Assembly: GCF_000619845.1 (NCBI RefSeq)
Contig: NZ_JHUX01000003.1
Coordinates: 1 to 32,000 of the forward strand
Direction: 5' to 3'
DNA length: 32,000 bases
DNA from: Alkanindiges illinoisensis DSM 15370
Lineage (GTDB): Bacteria; Pseudomonadota; Gammaproteobacteria; Pseudomonadales; Moraxellaceae
In this document: positions 26,499-32,000 of the stretch, one piece after another
Position numbering within the stretch: the stretch's first letter is position 1
Layout of the letters: every line of letters begins with the position of its first letter
The notes under the pieces: model-generated
Seen by the model: only the letters and a program-made list of their open reading frames with translations
Told to the model about the DNA's origin: nothing
Databases searched by the model: none
Program-made: the position numbers and the translations under genes

Positions 26499-26530
26499 TT
26501 GACTCTGTACCTGAGTACAGGGTTTATCGT
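26499..26530 (+). promoter_or_regulatory. MerR-type promoter/operator of the ATPase gene
   Basis: TTGACT (26499-26504), 19-bp spacer, TTATCG (26524-26529). The 9-4-9 dyad ACTCTGTAC CTGA GTACAGGGT (26502-26523) matches 8 of 9 between arms. Confidence 0.7.
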
Positions 26531-26564
26531 GTTTGGCAAGAAATGTCAAATCAGGTTGTTTATC

Positions 26565-29039
26565 ATGAATCATACTGAACCAGATCACTCAGACCATAAA
26601 GCCCATTCCTCCTGTTGTGGCGAAGTGCCTCAAGATACCAGCGACCCGCATTTGCCGAATCATCAACATCAGACAATCCAGTCAAACGCAACTGAGCCAG
26701 AAAAACAGGGATGCTGTGGCGGAACAAAGTCCAATGCAAAACCTGATTACCCAACTGATTCAGCCATTGACCCGGTGTGCGGCATGACGGTCAGCATGGC
26801 TAGCCAATGGCATACGGATTATCAGCAGCAGCACTATTATTTTTGCCGGGAAGGCTGTTTAACCAAATTTCAGGCCAACCCGCAACAGTATTTACAGCCA
26901 AAAGCCGCAGAACCATTGCCAGCCGGTGCAGCAGACATGTTGTACACCTGTCCCATGGACCCGGAAATTGTGCAAAAAGGGCCAGGCACTTGCCCCATTT
27001 GTGGCATGGCGCTGGAACCCATGCAGCCCAGTTTAACCGATGAAGTATCGCCGGAACTGGTGGATTTTAGCCATCGTTTTTACTGGACCTTGCCACTATC
27101 TATCATTGTGATGGCACTGGCCATGCTGGGGCACCATATTGCAGGGCTGTCTGCGACGGTACGCAGTGGACTGGAATTGCTGCTCAGCCTACCAGTGATC
27201 CTATGGGCAGGCAGGCCAATTTTGCAGCGCTGTTTTGCATCTTTAAAAACCCGCCATTTAAATATGTGGACATTGATTGGCATTGGTGTGAGCGCCTCAT
27301 TTGTATACAGCGTAGTGGCCACGGTTGCTCCGCAAATTTTCCCGCAATCGTTTTATATGCATGGCCGGGTAGGGGTGTATTTTGAAGCGGCCTGCATGAT
27401 TGTGTCACTCACCCTGTTTGGGCAGATTCTAGAACTTAAAGCCCGGTCTAAAACTTCCAGCGCATTAAAAAGCCTGCTGGGTTTACAGGCCAGTACTGCA
27501 TGGCGGGTGCAAGATGGGCAAACACAGGAAATTCCGCTGGAACAGGTACAGGTGGGTGATCAATTGCGCATCCGGCCCGGTGATAAAATTCCGGTAGATG
27601 GAATTGTATTAGAGGGAAGCACTAGTATTGATGAATCCATGCTGACCGGTGAACCGATGCCGGTTAAAAAACAGGCTGGTGACCGGGTGATTGGTGCCAC
27701 CATGAATGGCAGTGGCAGCGTGCTGATTGAAGCACAGCATGTGGGACAGGACAGCATGCTGGCTCAGATTGTGCGACTGGTGGCCGATGCCCAGCGTTCG
27801 CGTGCGCCCATGCAGCGCATTGCCGACAAAGTAGCAGGTGGTTTTGTGCTGGTAGTACTGGCGATTGCAGTGCTGACGTTTGTAGTCTGGGCGTTGCTTG
27901 GCCCGGAGCCACAATTAAGCTATGCCTTGCTCAATAGTGTGGCCGTGCTAATTATTGCCTGTCCTTGCGCATTAGGCTTGGCAACACCAATGTCGATTAT
28001 GGCGGCAACCGGACGCGCCGCAACCAGCGGGGTACTGTTTAGTAATGCCGAAGCCATTGAGCAGCTACGGCAAGTGACCACGGTGGTGATTGATAAAACC
28101 GGTACCTTAACTGAAGGACGGCCAGTATTGAATCGCTTGATTGCTCTTACAGCACAGTATGATCATGATGAACTGCTGGGCATGCTGGCGTCACTGGAGC
28201 AGGGCAGTGAACACCCGCTGGCGCGTGCCATTATGCAGGCTGCAAACGCTAAAAATATCACCCTGCAACCCGTACAGGATTTTGATTCCTCCTCCGGGAT
28301 TGGTGTACAAACTACGCTTAATGACCACCAGTTAATGGCAGGCAGTGAAAGCTGGCTGAAACAGGCGGGCATAGTACTAGACAGTGCCATCCAGCGTCAG
28401 GCTGAACAATTGCGTCATCAGGGCGAAATCATTTTGTACTTTGCTATTGATGGACAACTGGCTGCTTTGGTGAGTGTGAATGATCCCATCAAGGCCACTA
28501 CCGCGAAGGCTTTAGCATTCTTAAAAGCGCAAAACCTTGAGGTGATTATGGCTACGGGTGATAGTCAGGCTAGTGCCAATGTGGTGGCCAATACCCTGGA
28601 GATTACCCAGGCCTATGGCGACATGACCCCGCAAAGCAAGGCTGAGCTGGTCAAGACGCTGCAACAGCAGGGCAAGGTGGTGGCCATGGCGGGTGATGGC
28701 ATTAATGATGCGCCTGCACTGGCAGCAGCAAGTGTGGGAATTGCCATGGGCACAGGCACTGATATTGCCATGCAAAGTGCCAGTGTGACGTTGGTGAAAG
28801 GTGACCTGTATGGGATTGCGCGGGCTTATCGTTTGTCACAGGCCACGGTTAAAAACATGAAGCAAAACCTTGCCTTTTCCCTGCTGTATAACGCGATTGG
28901 TGTGCCTGTTGCTGCCGGGGTGCTTTATCCCGTATTTGGCATTTTACTCACACCCATGATGGCAGCACTGGCAATGTCGTTAAGCTCGGTATCCGTGGTG
29001 ATGAATGCCTTGCGCTTGAGCAAGTTCAAAGTGAATTAA
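26565..29039 (+). CDS. copA: P1B-1-type Cu(I)/Ag(I)-translocating ATPase with a non-canonical N-terminus
   Basis: CPC in TM4 ([13 protein letters not shown]), [16 protein letters not shown]-x6-YN-x4-P ([14 protein letters not shown]) and P-x6-M-x2-SS ([12 protein letters not shown]). I chose the ATG at 26565; the track TTG start at 26439 would run through the promoter. Confidence 0.92.
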   Translation: MNHTEPDHSDHKAHSSCCGEVPQDTSDPHLPNHQHQTIQSNATEPEKQGCCGGTKSNAKPDYPTDSAIDPVCGMTVSMASQWHTDYQQQHYYFCREGCLTKFQANPQQYLQPKAAEPLPAGAADMLYTCPMDPEIVQKGPGTCPICGMALEPMQPSLTDEVSPELVDFSHRFYWTLPLSIIVMALAMLGHHIAGLSATVRSGLELLLSLPVILWAGRPILQRCFASLKTRHLNMWTLIGIGVSASFVYSVVATVAPQIFPQSFYMHGRVGVYFEAACMIVSLTLFGQILELKARSKTSSALKSLLGLQASTAWRVQDGQTQEIPLEQVQVGDQLRIRPGDKIPVDGIVLEGSTSIDESMLTGEPMPVKKQAGDRVIGATMNGSGSVLIEAQHVGQDSMLAQIVRLVADAQRSRAPMQRIADKVAGGFVLVVLAIAVLTFVVWALLGPEPQLSYALLNSVAVLIIACPCALGLATPMSIMAATGRAATSGVLFSNAEAIEQLRQVTTVVIDKTGTLTEGRPVLNRLIALTAQYDHDELLGMLASLEQGSEHPLARAIMQAANAKNITLQPVQDFDSSSGIGVQTTLNDHQLMAGSESWLKQAGIVLDSAIQRQAEQLRHQGEIILYFAIDGQLAALVSVNDPIKATTAKALAFLKAQNLEVIMATGDSQASANVVANTLEITQAYGDMTPQSKAELVKTLQQQGKVVAMAGDGINDAPALAAASVGIAMGTGTDIAMQSASVTLVKGDLYGIARAYRLSQATVKNMKQNLAFSLLYNAIGVPVAAGVLYPVFGILLTPMMAALAMSLSSVSVVMNALRLSKFKVN

Positions 29040-29161
29040 GCTAATCCCTTAAAACTTAAGCTTAAGTCCGGATATAGAAACGTTGTGAAAAGTGGCCCAT
29101 TGACCAAACTCTCAGGTGCTTAGCTGTACAAGTGTCAATGTGGCTGCAAACAAGGCGTGCT

Positions 29162-29193
29162 TTAATCCTGCTGAAGGATTAACCAAGCAGGAT
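29162..29193 (+). promoter_or_regulatory. leader with two mutually exclusive hairpins, one of which covers the SD
   Basis: Hairpin A pairs TTAATCCT (29162-29169) with AGGATTAA (29175-29182). Hairpin B pairs ATCCTGCT (29165-29172) with AGCAGGAT (29186-29193), which contains the AGGA SD located 9 nt before the ATG at 29202. Confidence 0.3.
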
Positions 29194-29201
29194 GTAAAAT
29201 A

Positions 29202-30446
29202 ATGAAAAATCTCAAGCAGTTTGCCCTAAAGAATCTATTGCGCAGCAGTGTATTATGGGCAGCCTTTGCGCCTGTATTATTGCCTGCAACAGTGTCTGCT
29301 GCGCCGCTTAGTAAACCTGAGCCACAACTCAGCCAGTCGGTGATTGGCCGCATTCAAAAGCTGATGGATAACCCGTCCACCTGGCAAAAAATCCCCAAAC
29401 AAGTCACCTTGTGTGTGTATTCACCGGATGGGCCAAAAGGGGAGAGCTTCAAGCAGGCGATGAGCTATCTGACCGAAGTGCCCAAATACACCCGCATGGC
29501 CAAAGACATTGGCATTGACCTGAATGTCACCATGCTCAATCCACTGACCTTACGCATTGATATTGGTTATCCCAAACTGAAAAAAAGAGCCAGTACCGAA
29601 ACCAAAATCCGTGTCTATAGCGATGAGCGCGTGTTGGCCGAAGATTTTAAGATGAAAAAATGTGATGGCGCTGGCATGAGCAATATCCGGGCACGTCAGT
29701 TCAATGCCTTTGCCGGCAGCATGGATGCCATTGGCGGCATCCTCACCTACAAGCAGTTATCTGAAGCCATTAGCCTGCTGTCACGCCCTGAATTTGCCAG
29801 CCGCATGACCAACCGGGATTATGAGGTGGTCGGTATCATTCCGCTGGGCGCTGCTTACATCATGGTCAATGACCGCAAAATCAATACACTGGCCAAGGCA
29901 GCCGGCAAAAAAGTAGCCGTTTTTGATTTTGACAAATCACAGGCCAAATTGGTACAGCGCATTGGTGCCCAGCCTGTTGCCGTAGATTTTACCTCGGTGG
30001 GCGGCAAGTTTAACAACGGTGAAGTGCAGATTATGGCAGGCCCGGCACTGATCTTTAAACCGATGGAGCTGTCCAAAGGCATGATTGGCCCAAATGGAGA
30101 AATCAAAGGGGCAATTATCCGCTTTCCACTCATGCAGGTGACTGGCGTGCTGATGATGCACCGGGGCAAATTCCCAGATGGTCTGGGGCAAATTGTGCGT
30201 GAGGTTAGTTCGCTTAACCTTGCGCCTGCCTACGATTTTGTCTATCAAACCGAAAATGATATCCCGGTAAAATACTGGATGGATGTACCCGGCACCGACA
30301 AACCGGGCTATCTAAAAATGATGCGTGAAGCCCGGATTGCCATGACCCAGGACGGTTATTACGACAAAACCATGATGCAGTTTTTAAAGCGGGTACGTTG
30401 CAAGTTTGAACCGACCAACTACGAATGCAGCATGAATGAGGAATAA
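29202..30446 (+). CDS. secreted/periplasmic protein of unknown function (possibly solute-binding-like)
   Basis: Signal peptide with a VSA-AP cleavage-like site and a C-terminal Cys pair (RCKFEPTNYEC). I have only a vague impression of a TRAP/DctP-like periplasmic binding fold, and no motif I can name. Confidence 0.55.
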   Translation: MKNLKQFALKNLLRSSVLWAAFAPVLLPATVSAAPLSKPEPQLSQSVIGRIQKLMDNPSTWQKIPKQVTLCVYSPDGPKGESFKQAMSYLTEVPKYTRMAKDIGIDLNVTMLNPLTLRIDIGYPKLKKRASTETKIRVYSDERVLAEDFKMKKCDGAGMSNIRARQFNAFAGSMDAIGGILTYKQLSEAISLLSRPEFASRMTNRDYEVVGIIPLGAAYIMVNDRKINTLAKAAGKKVAVFDFDKSQAKLVQRIGAQPVAVDFTSVGGKFNNGEVQIMAGPALIFKPMELSKGMIGPNGEIKGAIIRFPLMQVTGVLMMHRGKFPDGLGQIVREVSSLNLAPAYDFVYQTENDIPVKYWMDVPGTDKPGYLKMMREARIAMTQDGYYDKTMMQFLKRVRCKFEPTNYECSMNEE

Positions 30447-30465
30447 CAGATTCTAGTAAATCAGA

Positions 30466-30507
30466 CCAAATCTGCAAAACTAAATCTACAAAGCCAAATC
30501 TATAAGC
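30466..30507. repeat. three tandem imperfect 14-bp repeats
   Basis: CCAAATCTGCAAAA / CTAAATCTACAAAG / CCAAATCTATAAGC, head to tail, starting 20 nt after the stop codon at 30444-30446. Confidence 0.7.
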
Positions 30508-30508
30508 A

Positions 30509-30541
30509 GGGGCCGATTGATCAAACCGGCCTTGTTTTTTT
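30509..30541 (+). terminator. probable intrinsic terminator
   Basis: GGCCG (30511-30515) / CGGCC (30527-30531) plus two flanking G-U pairs and an 11-nt loop, followed by TGTTTTTTT. Confidence 0.45.
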
Positions 30542-30649
30542 AAGCGAATACAAACCATAAATTTTAAAAACCAGCATTGCAGGGCAGGCATAGGCAATTT
30601 TCGATTCTTTAAAAAGTCTAAAACAGACAATGCTTAATTAAATAGCAAG

Positions 30650-30686
30650 ATGTCTTTAAATGAATGATCAATGTCTGTTAATGAAT
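30650..30686 (+). promoter_or_regulatory. direct repeats upstream of alkB (candidate activator site)
   Basis: ATGTCTTTAAATGAAT (30650-30665) and ATGTCTGTTAATGAAT (30671-30686) match 14 of 16 with 21-bp phasing. An inverted TGTCTGTT copy lies at 30621-30628. Confidence 0.35.
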
Positions 30687-30754
30687 TTCAGCAAAAAACG
30701 CCAAGCGCCACAATTTGCTTTATCAAGACAAGATAAAACGCTGTGGAGCCGGTG

Positions 30755-31972
30755 ATGAATGCAATAAACCCTATTGATTTATCCAAACCTTCGGTCAAGT
30801 TCAGGGACAACAAACGAAAACTATGGCTGTTGGGGCTGGTAGTTCCCAATATTGCCAATGCGGCTTTTCTGGGCTATCAGTTTGGCCCCAGGATAACCCG
30901 GAAACTATTTGCCTCGGCTGGCCCGCTGGCCTTGCATCTGATCATTCCAGCCATTGATAAACATCTGGGTGAAGACCCTGACAACCCGCCAGAAGAAGCC
31001 ATTGCAGCGCTGGAGCATGATCCCTACTATGCACGGGTAGTCAAGTTATTCATTCCCTTTCAACTGGCAGCCAATGTTTATGGCAACTATATTGCCAGCA
31101 GAACGACCACGCCACTGGCAGACCGGATTTTGTTTGGCCATCTTCTGGGTGTGGTCAATGGCGTTGCAATCAATACTGCCCATGAACTCAGTCACAAATC
31201 CGGCAAGCTTGAACATTATTTATCGCATCTGTGTCTGGCGCCTACGGGCTACAATCATTTTCGCATTGAGCATCCGTATGGCCATCACCGCCGCGTGGCA
31301 ACCCCTGAAGACCCGGCATCTTCGCAACTGGGTGAAAGCTTCTGGCAATTCTGGCCGCGCACCGTCGTTGGAAGTTTCAAGTCTGCCATTGATATTGAAA
31401 CCCGACGTTTAGAGCGTAAAGGCAAAACATTCTGGTCGCTGGATAATGAACTGATTCACGGCTGGGCCATGAGTGCGGCGTATCATCTGCTCATGCTGAA
31501 ATGCTTTGGCCCCCGCATTATTCCAACCCAGGTAACACAGGCATTGTGTGGCATCACCCTGTTTGAAGCCGTCAATTATATGGAACATTATGGCCTCAAG
31601 CGCGAAGACTTAGGCAACGGGCGTTATGCGCGAACCATGCCGGAACATAGCTGGAACAATAACAGCATGTTTAGTAATGTCCTGTTATACCAGCTCCAGC
31701 GGCATTCCGATCATCATGCTTATCCCACGCGCAGTTTTCAGTCACTGCGGCATTATGACAATGTACCGCAATTACCTGCCGGCTATGCCAGTATGGTATT
31801 GCCCGCCCTGATTCCAGGCTGGTGGTTTAAGCAAATGGATGAACGAGTGATTCAGCACTATGCAGGGCAGATTGATAAGCTCAATATTTATCCCAAAGCG
31901 CGTCAGAAGCTGTTAAGCAAGTACGCACATTTATTTAACCTCGCAGCAAAACCAGCTGTTTTGGCAAAGTGA
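30755..31972 (+). CDS. alkB: alkane 1-monooxygenase (integral-membrane di-iron hydroxylase)
   Basis: His boxes HELSHK, EHPYGHHRR and LQRHSDHHA, plus NYMEHYGL. The ATG at 30755 has a GGAG SD 6 nt upstream; the track start is a GTG at 30743. Confidence 0.92.
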   Translation: MNAINPIDLSKPSVKFRDNKRKLWLLGLVVPNIANAAFLGYQFGPRITRKLFASAGPLALHLIIPAIDKHLGEDPDNPPEEAIAALEHDPYYARVVKLFIPFQLAANVYGNYIASRTTTPLADRILFGHLLGVVNGVAINTAHELSHKSGKLEHYLSHLCLAPTGYNHFRIEHPYGHHRRVATPEDPASSQLGESFWQFWPRTVVGSFKSAIDIETRRLERKGKTFWSLDNELIHGWAMSAAYHLLMLKCFGPRIIPTQVTQALCGITLFEAVNYMEHYGLKREDLGNGRYARTMPEHSWNNNSMFSNVLLYQLQRHSDHHAYPTRSFQSLRHYDNVPQLPAGYASMVLPALIPGWWFKQMDERVIQHYAGQIDKLNIYPKARQKLLSKYAHLFNLAAKPAVLAK

Positions 31973-31979
31973 GCGTCAC

Positions 31980-32000
31980 ATGAAAAAATACCAATGTATT
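31980..32000 (+). CDS. rubA: rubredoxin, 5' end only (truncated by the window edge)
   Basis: ATG lies 7 nt after the alkB stop. MKKYQCI matches the usual rubredoxin N-terminus (MKKYQC-x-x-C). Only 7 codons are visible. Confidence 0.6.

Noticed and set aside
26439-26564. N-terminal extensions offered by the ORF track: copA from a TTG at 26439, and also 2490-2549, 3914-4006, 5001-5096, 17446-17514, 22906-22920, 24786-24824 and 25166-25180.
   Set aside because: The extensions run through promoters, operators or neighbouring genes, start at non-ATG codons or lack an SD, and are not needed to match the known protein N-termini. Internal ATGs with an SD fit better.
29055-29066. Perfect 12-bp palindrome CTTAAGCTTAAG just after the copA stop.
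   Set aside because: It is A+T-rich with no loop and no T-run, so it is not a convincing terminator. It is short enough to be chance, and no second copy occurs in the window.
1-32000. Scan for CRISPR arrays, tRNA/tmRNA genes, integrases, toxin-antitoxin pairs, restriction-modification or other defence genes.
   Set aside because: I found no regularly spaced repeats of 25-40 bp, no cloverleaf-like sequences, and no ORFs with nuclease, ATPase, methylase or integrase motifs outside the annotated genes. The window is dominated by core housekeeping genes.

Overview
This window looks like chromosomal DNA from a gammaproteobacterium of the Pseudomonadales/Moraxellaceae type. That guess is an inference from gene order, an alkB-rubredoxin pair and the rubredoxin N-terminus MKKYQCI. 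It opens at the 3' end of an rRNA operon (5S rRNA plus terminator). Next comes a decayed IS5-family element inserted just behind a small A+T-rich accessory block (divergent MerR regulator, DUF2938 membrane protein, flavodoxin-like protein). After that come a SAM-methyltransferase, nagZ, prc and a GT4 glycosyltransferase + PAP2 phosphatase pair. The conserved housekeeping run iscX-ndk-rlmN-pilW-rodZ-ispG-hisS-yfgM-bamB-der follows. The rest holds a hypothetical protein plus an orphan Sfp-type phosphopantetheinyl transferase, yajC-secD-secF and 5-formyl-THF cyclo-ligase on the minus strand, a divergent cueR-like/copA copper module, a secreted protein of unknown function, and alkB followed by the first 21 nt of a rubredoxin gene. 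I saw no CRISPR array, tRNA, prophage, toxin-antitoxin pair or recognisable defence system, and most of the window is ordinary core genome. The items most worth a second look are regulatory or architectural: (1) three 11-bp-phased Pho-box-like repeats in front of the GT4+PAP2 pair; (2) a textbook MerR-type 19-bp-spacer promoter with a perfect palindrome controlling the DUF2938/flavodoxin unit; (3) a mer/znt/cad-style 9-4-9 operator in front of a Cu-type ATPase that has a YHS + zinc-ribbon-like N-terminus; (4) direct repeats upstream of alkB with no adjacent regulator; (5) a secreted unknown protein whose leader can form two alternative hairpins. All functional interpretations are inference from sequence reading only; no searches were run.
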